64,000 nt of DNA from Minisyncoccota bacterium (lineage in GTDB: Bacteria; Patescibacteriota; Minisyncoccia; Phycocordibacterales; PALSA-1337), in contig JAQTPC010000004.1 in the NCBI GenBank assembly GCA_028713005.1, forward strand, positions 2,745 through 66,744. The letters are read 5' to 3'. The stretch's first letter is position 1. The number at the start of each line of letters is the position of its first letter. Shown one piece after another: positions 1-7,391 of this stretch. The notes under the pieces are model-generated. The model did no database searches and was not told the DNA's origin. It saw nothing but the letters and a program-made list of their open reading frames with translations. The position numbers and the translations under genes were made by a program.

Positions 1-420
1 TTCTTTTGGTATGACTGACCAATCGAGCAGAACTTCATTGAGTGGAACAGGGATATATTTACGCGCTTCGATGGCAACAACTTCACCAAGTTGTTTTTCT
101 GGTACCGGAGGAACAGTGATAAACGTGATGAGACTCGATGAGAGCGGCAAAGCTGTTCCACACGAAAGCGTAGTCGTTTTTGCTTCACGCAAAATATCCT
201 TGACTGCCTCTATAGTCTTTTCTGTCTGAAGCGAAACTGCACGTCCAACTTCTATATTTGCATAAGGACCAAGAGCAAGCTCACCGTATGTCTCGAGGAC
301 TGCGCGACCGCGCTTTTTCTTGATCTGCACGATCTTTATCGCCGATGAACCAATATCAATACCCAAGACACTTGTCTCTTTTTTAAAAAATGAACCGAAA
401 AGCGAACTGAGAGATGCCAT
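1..420 (-). CDS. pilM: Type IV pilus assembly protein PilM (N-terminal part; runs off the window)
   Basis: Manual translation from ATG at 420: MASLSSLFGSFFKKETSVLGIDIGSSAIKIVQIKKKRGRAVLETYG, with the actin-like GIDIGS motif typical of PilM; not in the ORF track. Confidence 0.85.
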   Translation of the reverse strand, partial: MASLSSLFGSFFKKETSVLGIDIGSSAIKIVQIKKKRGRAVLETYGELALGPYANIEVGRAVSLQTEKTIEAVKDILREAKTTTLSCGTALPLSSSLITFITVPPVPEKQLGEVVAIEARKYIPVPLNEVLLDWSVIPKE

Positions 421-515
421 ATCACTAGTGTACATTGAAAAGACAAAAGTGAAAAGTTGTTCTGATTGGATAAATCATTACAATAGTATGGCGTGCAGGC
501 GCATTTTTTATTTAC

Positions 516-1358
516 ATGAAAATATTCAACCTACTCTTTGAAACTATAATTGAGGCACTATTCCCTTTATCCGCAACTGAAAAGGAGCTTTTCTCATATC
601 CAATCACGGAAATTTCACAGATTCTACCTCCTGCACCGGATCACTCTGGCCTTGCAGTACCCTTACCTGAATGTACTTCTCTATTTGCATATAAGGACAA
701 GCGGGTTGAACAATTGATTTGGAATATTAAATATAAGAAGTCGAGGCGCGCTGTTGAGATTGGTGGGTATGCATTACATAGGAAATTAAATAGTATTGCA
801 GAGTCGTCTGGCCGTGAGTTTTCTCGGAACACGCCGTCAGAGCTTGCTAGCTCTGCGGCTAGTTCTCAGACGTCTACACGTCCTCCGAAATGTTCCTCGA
901 ATTCCTCACAGTCAGACGACCACCTAAACACCATATTTATTCTGCCAATACCAATCACAAAGCAGCGTCGACGAGAGCGTGGGTACAATCAGTGTGAGTT
1001 GTTAACGAATGAAATGAAACGATTGTACGAAAATGATTCAATAATCAATAATACAATGACCAATGTCCGTTTACTTTTTGAAAATGATTTACTTATTCGT
1101 ACTCATCATGATTCTAGACATACATTGAAAGGACGTACTGACAGAGTTGAGAGTGCAAAAGGAATTTTTGGAATAAATGAAAAAAAGTTAAGAGAGTTAG
1201 ATTTGAGATTTGAGAATGACAAAAAACAAACTATTGAAGATGTGTACGTGATTATCATCGATGATGTGATCACCACTGGTAGCACTATGAGAGAAGCAAT
1301 CGATACTATGAAAAAATCTGGGTTTATGAATGTGTCAGGGCTTTCGTTGGCGCACTAA
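516..1358 (+). CDS. comF: ComF family phosphoribosyltransferase-like competence protein
   Basis: RRERGYNQ and IIDDVITTGST motifs; carries an internal palindromic insert. Confidence 0.88.
   Translation: MKIFNLLFETIIEALFPLSATEKELFSYPITEISQILPPAPDHSGLAVPLPECTSLFAYKDKRVEQLIWNIKYKKSRRAVEIGGYALHRKLNSIAESSGREFSRNTPSELASSAASSQTSTRPPKCSSNSSQSDDHLNTIFILPIPITKQRRRERGYNQCELLTNEMKRLYENDSIINNTMTNVRLLFENDLLIRTHHDSRHTLKGRTDRVESAKGIFGINEKKLRELDLRFENDKKQTIEDVYVIIIDDVITTGSTMREAIDTMKKSGFMNVSGLSLAH
803..920. repeat. Structured palindromic (REP/RPE-like) element inside comF
   Basis: Outer inverted repeat GTCGTCTGGCCGTGAG / CTCACAGTCAGACGAC; inner hairpins GCCG(T)CAGAGCT-tgct-AGCTCTGCGGC and GACGT-ctac-ACGTC. Confidence 0.75.
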
Positions 1359-2548
1359 ATGATCTTCACAAATCTCCTCTTGCCAATCTTCAAAATAGTT
1401 CCGCTCGCTGGCACATACGTTGGATCAGTTATCTTTTCATCTCTATCAGTTCTCACTGCAGTGTCAGTAACGAGACGTCGCCACTCTGTCTTTGATTCTA
1501 TGACACCAGCTTTGATGAGGACCTCGGCAAGCGTTGCACCGTCAAGCTTTATCTCGAGGATATCATCAGGCACACCCCCCTTTGCAAAGGTTGCTATGAA
1601 AGCCTCTTCTGCTGTAACAGACGCAGCCTCACCATGAATCCTTTTGACAATATCTTTTGCAATTAGTGCTTTTGCCATGCGTGGACCTTGAGCCATGATC
1701 ATATCTTTTTCACCCATAGGTATACGGGTGCAGTTCAGGAATAGTGGCTCGATCATCGGGTCAGGAAGAGACATAAGTGCTCCAAAAAGATCATTCGCGG
1801 ACTGATCGATGAAGACGCCAGTGCCATTTGACTTTGACATGAGCTGACCTGTCGCAGGGTTGGCGATAAGATTGAGGGCAATAACAAACTTTTCTTTATC
1901 TTTGAGCTTCTTCATGAGTGTGCGACCAGAAAGAGCGTTGAAGATCTGGTCGGTACCACAAAGCTCTGCATCGACATCCATAGCGACGCTGTCATACCCT
2001 TGCATGAGCGGATACATGAACTCATGAAGATGGATCGGTGAACCCTCTTTGAGACGTTTTTGGAACATGTCACGTTCTATCATCTGTTGGACCGTGAAGT
2101 TTGAAGAGAGACTGAGAACGTCTGCAAAAGAAAGTTTGGCGAGCCACTCTGAATTGTGACGGATGGTTGCAGGATTGGTCTTGTCATTGAAATCAATAAG
2201 CGGACTGATCTGTCTGACCCAATCAGCCATATTGCGAGTAACATCTTCTTCACTCAAAGCTTTTCTTGTTGATGCTTTATCAGGATCACCTATTCGTGCA
2301 GTAAAATCTCCGAACAAAATAATCACCTCATTACCCAACTGGCGAAGCTCTTCCATGAACATGATATTCTTTGCATGACCGAGATGTATAGCAGTATGAG
2401 TCGGATCAAGACCGAGATATATTTTTATCTTTTCACCAGCGAGTAATTTCTTCGTCAAGGCCTCCTTTGAAGGAAAAATATCCGTGACGGTGCCACGCGC
2501 AAAAAGTTCATCAATTCTTTTTTGGTCTACCTTATTCATAAAAGCCAT
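1355..2548 (-). CDS. tyrS: Tyrosine--tRNA ligase
   Basis: GLDPT..HLGH, MSKS, YPLMQGYD, C-terminal S4 domain ending GKRRF. Confidence 0.97.
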   Translation of the reverse strand: MAFMNKVDQKRIDELFARGTVTDIFPSKEALTKKLLAGEKIKIYLGLDPTHTAIHLGHAKNIMFMEELRQLGNEVIILFGDFTARIGDPDKASTRKALSEEDVTRNMADWVRQISPLIDFNDKTNPATIRHNSEWLAKLSFADVLSLSSNFTVQQMIERDMFQKRLKEGSPIHLHEFMYPLMQGYDSVAMDVDAELCGTDQIFNALSGRTLMKKLKDKEKFVIALNLIANPATGQLMSKSNGTGVFIDQSANDLFGALMSLPDPMIEPLFLNCTRIPMGEKDMIMAQGPRMAKALIAKDIVKRIHGEAASVTAEEAFIATFAKGGVPDDILEIKLDGATLAEVLIKAGVIESKTEWRRLVTDTAVRTDRDEKITDPTYVPASGTILKIGKRRFVKII

Positions 2549-2570
2549 ATTAGCATTATTTTCCTAAACA

Positions 2571-2607
2571 AAAAATACCTCCCGCCAATAGTTCGAGAGG
2601 TATTTTT
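2571..2607. terminator. Intrinsic terminator downstream of nitroreductase
   Basis: AAAAATACCTC...GAGGTATTTTT hairpin with A/T tails. Confidence 0.7.
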
Positions 2608-2636
2608 ATACCTTTTACAGCGTTGTAATTGTAGTG

Positions 2637-3269
2637 TTACACCGTAATAAAGAGGTCTTTCTTTGCACGACGAACCTTTTTGTACGATGCAGAGGCATCA
2701 TTTGTTGTATCACGATATCCAAGTGCCAATAAAACAACACTCTTTAATCCTTTTTCTTTGAGACCGAGAACCTCATCAAGTTTTGCAGGTTCAAATCCTT
2801 CCATAGGTGTTGAATCGACCTCTTCAGCTGCAGCGGCTACGAGACCTGTACCGAGAGCAATGTACGCTTGTTTTGATGCCCAGTTTATCTTCCCCGCAGC
2901 ATCCAAACTATTTACAGTACCCATAATGTATTGTTTGAATCCATCAAGTGCTTTGACATCCATGCCACGAGTATCAGCGACAAGCTTCATATAGTCATCG
3001 ACATTCTTTTCGGTGATATTGTCCCATGCTGCAAAGACGAGAAGATGTGAACTCTCTACTATCTGTGGCTGCATCCACGCAGTTGCCTGGATCTTTTTAC
3101 GAACTTCTGGATCAGTAATGACAAATACGTTATACGGAGTAAGACCATACGACGATGGAGCGAGACGGATTGCTTCCAAGATAGCATCGATCTTTTCTTG
3201 AGGAATACTTTGTCCATTCATTCTCTTTGTTGCATAACGCCATTCGAGCAGTTCTGTAAGTGTACTCAT
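2637..3269 (-). CDS. NAD(P)H-dependent nitroreductase (NfsB-like)
   Basis: WRYATK, LAPSSYGL, STPMEGF, LALGYR motifs. Confidence 0.92.
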   Translation of the reverse strand: MSTLTELLEWRYATKRMNGQSIPQEKIDAILEAIRLAPSSYGLTPYNVFVITDPEVRKKIQATAWMQPQIVESSHLLVFAAWDNITEKNVDDYMKLVADTRGMDVKALDGFKQYIMGTVNSLDAAGKINWASKQAYIALGTGLVAAAAEEVDSTPMEGFEPAKLDEVLGLKEKGLKSVVLLALGYRDTTNDASASYKKVRRAKKDLFITV

Positions 3270-3359
3270 GTGTTTAAGTAAGTTTAATTATTTTGTTAAT
3301 TTGCTTAATATTTCTTAACGCTTTTTTAAGCTAGTCCACATATCTTACGCGCATTGCTT

Positions 3360-3380
3360 TACTTTGTAAAGTACTTTACA
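3360..3380. promoter_or_regulatory. Putative HxlR-family operator in the divergent promoter region
   Basis: Overlapping palindromes TACTTT-GT-AAAGTA and TGTAAAGTACTTTACA between nitroreductase and regulator. Confidence 0.55.
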
Positions 3381-3403
3381 TAGTACAGCACGCATGATAG
3401 CCT

Positions 3404-3742
3404 ATGTCTATGGCAACTACGTTATCTGCACGTAAAACTACTGCTTCATATATCCACTCAAAAAACACCTGCCCTGTCGCAGAAGTGGCTGAGCTTTTGT
3501 CAGATACGTGGACAATGCTCATCATCAGAGATTTACTCAATGCTCCAATGCGTTTTTGCGAACTTGAACGATCGCTCGAAGGCGTCAGCACGCGCACACT
3601 CACCCTCAAGCTCAAAAAACTGGTAACAGAAAAAATCATTTCAAAAGACGAAGAGTCTCACTTCTATTCCATAACTAAACAAGGTACACATCTTGGTGCA
3701 ATTGTTGATGCGATGAGAAATTACGGAAAAGAGTACCTGTAA
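3404..3742 (+). CDS. HxlR/MarR (DUF24) winged-helix regulator with N-terminal Cys
   Basis: TCPV..WTMLIIRDL..RFCELERSLEGVSTRTL. Confidence 0.9.
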   Translation: MSMATTLSARKTTASYIHSKNTCPVAEVAELLSDTWTMLIIRDLLNAPMRFCELERSLEGVSTRTLTLKLKKLVTEKIISKDEESHFYSITKQGTHLGAIVDAMRNYGKEYL

Positions 3743-3744
3743 AC

Positions 3745-3776
3745 AAAAACCGCAAGGTTGAACCTTGCGGTTTTTT
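3745..3776. terminator. Bidirectional terminator with AGGTTGAACCT core
   Basis: AAAAACCGCAAGGTTGAACCTTGCGGTTTTTT between convergent genes. Confidence 0.8.
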
Positions 3777-3787
3777 GATTTTCTTTT

Positions 3788-4096
3788 TTACTGGGCAGGT
3801 GTGTGTGGATGATCGCCGTGATGAGTATGGCTCGTGCGCTTTTTGTGCCACTCTTTCACAAAGAAAACGATATATACTGCTTCGAGTAGACCCATCGTAT
3901 TCAAAAGAAGTATAGCGATGAACCACCACTTTTGATCGCGCTTTGCTGCTGTCCACAATGCATAACCCTTGAGAGCAATCAAAGCCATAAAAGCTACAGC
4001 GAGCAGTAAACTAAAAAATAGTGCTGGACCTTGTCCAAAGCCGTAAAACCACGGTGCACCCCACATATGACCATACGAAATTGATGAATTCATCAT
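3788..4096 (-). CDS. Small membrane protein (DUF5652-like)
   Basis: LKGYALWTAAKRDQKWWFI..NTMGLLE; His-rich tail. Confidence 0.75.
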   Translation of the reverse strand: MMNSSISYGHMWGAPWFYGFGQGPALFFSLLLAVAFMALIALKGYALWTAAKRDQKWWFIAILLLNTMGLLEAVYIVFFVKEWHKKRTSHTHHGDHPHTPAQ

Positions 4097-4197
4097 AAAT
4101 ATAGAGATTAGCTAATATGCCTCTATTCTAGCATAGTTAAATGAGCAATAATCTGTTGTATAATAGTACGTATTAGCACCTAATTACATTCAAAATT

Positions 4198-4617
4198 ATG
4201 TTACCTATTAACTATGTAGCAGTCCTCGTCGCAGCAATTGTGGCCTTTATCATTGGTTTTCTCATGCATGGACCGGTTGCTGGCAAACTCTGGATGAAGC
4301 TTGCAAACATTCATCCTACGGGAAATGAAAAGTTCAAAGACATGATCCCTCAGATGCTCTGGAACTTGCTTGCAAACATTGTCACCGCATACGTTTTGGC
4401 AGTCGTCTATTTATTTGCATCTACCTCCCCTGTCATGGGTGGAGCGGGCGCTTGGAACGGTGTTGTCTGTGCATTCTGGGTATGGATCGGTTTTCTCGTT
4501 ACCAGTAGTTCTATCGAGGTCATCTGGATGGGACGTAGTGTCAAACTCTGGCTCTTTGAATGTGTCAGCTCACTCCTTGTCATGAGTGCTATGGGAGCAA
4601 TCATTGCAGCCTGGTAA
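4198..4617 (+). CDS. DUF1761-like membrane protein
   Basis: INYVAVLVAAIVAFIIG..GKLWMK; four hydrophobic segments. Confidence 0.75.
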   Translation: MLPINYVAVLVAAIVAFIIGFLMHGPVAGKLWMKLANIHPTGNEKFKDMIPQMLWNLLANIVTAYVLAVVYLFASTSPVMGGAGAWNGVVCAFWVWIGFLVTSSSIEVIWMGRSVKLWLFECVSSLLVMSAMGAIIAAW

Positions 4618-4627
4618 TAGGTCGAAA

Positions 4628-5239
4628 TTATAGAGATTTAATACCAACACCTTTGTACATAAATCCCAAGGGCTTTGGACCTTGAGAGAATTTTTCTAGA
4701 TTCTGTATTTTAAAACCAGCATCACGGATAAGATGCTCAATATCTCTATTCAGATGACATCCGCCTGCGATACATTTTGAAATTGGAGTAAGTAAGTTTT
4801 GTATTCTCCAAATGAAAGTCTTTGGTGATTTTCCATGCTCAATGAAACAGAATTTTCCCCCAGGCTTCAGAACCCGGAACACTTCCTTAAGTGCGAGATC
4901 TGGGTGAGGAATAGTACACAATGTCCATGTTGAGACAACAAAATCAAGACTATTCTCAGGTAACGGAATATGTTCTGCTGAACCCAGAATCTGTTCTATA
5001 GGAAATGTAACAGCCTGAAGATTTTTATGTGCCATTTCATATAACTCTTTTGATGGATCAAGACCGTATAGTCTGGTGATACTTTTATAGTAAGGTAGAT
5101 TGAGCCCCGATCCAAAACCTATTTCAAGCCCAATACCAGACAACCCAGAAACAACATCGATTCTGTGTCGTTTAAAATCCTTACTCTGCATGACACAGTT
5201 AAGGTATATGGGTAAGATATATTTCTGATAAAGACTCAT
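4628..5239 (-). CDS. Class I SAM-dependent methyltransferase
   Basis: LEIGFGSGLN motif I, RVLKPGG, GGCHLNR. Confidence 0.9.
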   Translation of the reverse strand: MSLYQKYILPIYLNCVMQSKDFKRHRIDVVSGLSGIGLEIGFGSGLNLPYYKSITRLYGLDPSKELYEMAHKNLQAVTFPIEQILGSAEHIPLPENSLDFVVSTWTLCTIPHPDLALKEVFRVLKPGGKFCFIEHGKSPKTFIWRIQNLLTPISKCIAGGCHLNRDIEHLIRDAGFKIQNLEKFSQGPKPLGFMYKGVGIKSL

Positions 5240-5278
5240 GTTTAAATATATAAATCGTCTCCTGGATGCAGTACCTAG

Positions 5279-5365
5279 CGGAGAGAGTGGGATTCGAACC
5301 CACGGTTCCCGTAAGGGAACGGCGGTTTAGTAAACCGCTGCCTTAAACCACTCAGCCATCTCTCC
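5279..5365 (-). tRNA. tRNA-Ser, anticodon ACT (A34)
   Basis: GGAGAGA/TCTCTCC acceptor, G73, GCGGT-TTACTAA-ACCGC anticodon arm, long variable arm GTTCCC-TTAC-GGGAAC, GTGGG-TTCGAAT-CCCAC T arm; no encoded CCA. Confidence 0.92.
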
Positions 5366-5464
5366 AATCCTTTTATGGATGAAAATAGGTTAACACGAAT
5401 ATATTCTTTTGCAAAAAAAGTTTATTTTGATAAAAGCGTATTTTTATGCCAGAATGGCACGATT

Positions 5465-5551
5465 GGAACCGTGGTGGAGTGGTCTAACATACCTCTTTGC
5501 TAAAGAGGCAGGCCTTAACGGGCCTCGAGGGTTCGAATCCCTCCGGTTCCG
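5465..5551 (+). tRNA. tRNA-Ser, anticodon GCT
   Basis: GGAACCG/CGGTTCC acceptor, G73, CCTCT-TTGCTAA-AGAGG, long variable arm, GAGGG-TTCGAAT-CCCTC. Confidence 0.93.
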
Positions 5552-5603
5552 CACACAATTTCTCGCTGAACCAAAAATCCTGTACATATCGTATAATACT
5601 CAT

Positions 5604-6026
5604 ATGACTAAAAATAAAAAGGCTGGCCTTACATTAGGCATCATAGTATTACTTATCTCATCTAGTGTGGCGTACTCACAATATCAGGAAAATCAGCCCC
5701 GCACATATCCAACATCAGCATCACGCGAGTCAATCAACCCGGGCACACAAACCAATTCATCAGCCAATAGTACAGATACATCAATCCTGAAAAAATACAC
5801 ACTCGCACACGTAGCAGCACATAACACCGAAACAAGTTGCTGGACCACTATCAATGGAGACGTCTATGATATTACTTCGTGGATTAGCCAACATCCAGGT
5901 GGCAAACAAGCCATCATCGGCCTCTGTGGTATCGATGGTTCAGATGCTTTCAATGGCCAACACGGTGGACAGCGACGTCCTGCGAGCGAGCTTGCTGGAT
6001 TCAAGATTGGTACACTTATAAAATAA
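5604..6026 (+). CDS. Membrane-anchored cytochrome b5-like heme/steroid-binding protein
   Basis: N-terminal TM segment; HNTETSCW..VYDIT..HPGG..CGIDG..QHG; start moved to ATG 5604 (TATAAT 6 nt upstream; the longer ORF overlaps the tRNA). Confidence 0.88.
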   Translation: MTKNKKAGLTLGIIVLLISSSVAYSQYQENQPRTYPTSASRESINPGTQTNSSANSTDTSILKKYTLAHVAAHNTETSCWTTINGDVYDITSWISQHPGGKQAIIGLCGIDGSDAFNGQHGGQRRPASELAGFKIGTLIK

Positions 6027-6042
6027 TCTGTTACATACTGAC

Positions 6043-6459
6043 ATGAATACACTCAAATCATACATACCTCAACTCCCTTCTTTTGCACCAGTCGTACTTC
6101 GTCTTGGCATCGCAGGCGTTGTCATCTGGTTCGGAACCTCACAACTCTTGAGCCAAGCAATGTGGACTTCTTTTATACCAGATTGGGTCATATCACTCAC
6201 ACACCTATCAGCCACTACCCTCGTCTTCATAAATGGACTATTTGAAGTCGTTGCAGGTGGACTCGTAGCCCTCGGCTTTTGTGTACGACCACTTGCAACT
6301 CTTCTCTTCTTGCACATGATCGGCATCATCGCATCTGTCGGACTCAGCCCTATCGGCATCCGTGATATCGGTATTGCAACTGGACTCCTCTCTGTGGCAC
6401 TCTATGGGAACGACATACTCTCATGGAAATCACCCGCATCAACAAGTTCATCAGTATAG
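6043..6459 (+). CDS. DoxX family membrane protein
   Basis: VLRLGIAGVVIWFG..GLFEVVAG..RDIG. Confidence 0.8.
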   Translation: MNTLKSYIPQLPSFAPVVLRLGIAGVVIWFGTSQLLSQAMWTSFIPDWVISLTHLSATTLVFINGLFEVVAGGLVALGFCVRPLATLLFLHMIGIIASVGLSPIGIRDIGIATGLLSVALYGNDILSWKSPASTSSSV

Positions 6460-7304
6460 TAGAAAAGTTCTATAGGGAAAATAAGCGCGGAATGCCGTGG
6501 CGTAGCGATACCAACGCATATTACGTTGTGGTCTCTGAGATCATGCTCCAACAAACACAGGTTCATCGTGTCACGAGTAAATTCGATTCATGGATCAAGA
6601 GATTCCCCAACTGGCACGCACTTGCTACGGCTTCAACAAAAGACGTGCTCGAAGAATGGTCAGGGTTGGGATATAACAGACGAGCGCTTTTCTTAAAAAG
6701 AATTGCCGAAGCTATTACAGATAATGGAAAGACAAAAGGCGTTCTCCCGAATACCATTGATGAACTGACTAAACTTCCCGGCATCGGACCAAATACCGCT
6801 GGCTCAATCCTCGCATTTGCATTCAATGTTCCCCGCCCTTTCATTGAAACCAATATCCGTTCAGTGTATATCCATCATTTCTTTGCTGAGATTGAAAAAG
6901 TAGAGGGTAAAAAAGCTTGTAAGAAGATCGACGATAAAGAAATATTTCCTCTCGTTGAGAAAAGTCTCACTCTTGTTACCAAAAAAGGTTTCTTCAAAGA
7001 CAACACTCGCGAATGGTACTGGGCATTGATGGACTATGGATCATTTTTAAAAAAGAATTTGCCAAACCCATCGCGACAAAGTGCACATCATGTAAAGCAA
7101 AAAGCTTTTAAAGGTTCGAATCGTGAGCTTCGTAGTAAGATTCTTAAACTTATTATGAAACAGGCTTCGACTCGTGAAATGGTTGAGAAACAATTAAAGA
7201 AGGAATCATATAAATGCACAAGGGGACGGATAGGAACAAATTTAGATGCTCTAGTAAGGGAGGGATTCATCATGAGCAATATAAATGTATATAGAATTAT
7301 ATAA
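6423..7304 (+). CDS. mutY: A/G-specific adenine glycosylase (HhH-GPD), without Fe-S Cys motif
   Basis: MPWR, VSEIMLQQTQV, WSGLGYNRRA, LPGIGPNTA, ETNIR. Confidence 0.92.
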   Translation: MEITRINKFISIVEKFYRENKRGMPWRSDTNAYYVVVSEIMLQQTQVHRVTSKFDSWIKRFPNWHALATASTKDVLEEWSGLGYNRRALFLKRIAEAITDNGKTKGVLPNTIDELTKLPGIGPNTAGSILAFAFNVPRPFIETNIRSVYIHHFFAEIEKVEGKKACKKIDDKEIFPLVEKSLTLVTKKGFFKDNTREWYWALMDYGSFLKKNLPNPSRQSAHHVKQKAFKGSNRELRSKILKLIMKQASTREMVEKQLKKESYKCTRGRIGTNLDALVREGFIMSNINVYRII

Positions 7305-7316
7305 CTAACGTATAAA

Positions 7317-7344
7317 TTGGTTATTGATCATTGTTCATTGGTTA
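7317..7344. repeat. Heptamer tandem array (TTGNTYA x4)
   Basis: ttggtta ttgatca ttgttca ttggtta. Confidence 0.7.
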
Positions 7345-7391
7345 TTTACGTCAACTATTCATTTTACATTTTTCACTGTAAACTTTACCTT

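Noticed and set aside
5409-5603. N-terminal extension of the cytochrome b5 ORF
   Set aside because: Overlaps tRNA-Ser(GCT); ATG 5604 has a -10 box and precedes the TM segment
7317-7391. Longer RecG N-terminus
   Set aside because: It is a translation of the heptamer array from a TTG; ATG 7392 fits better
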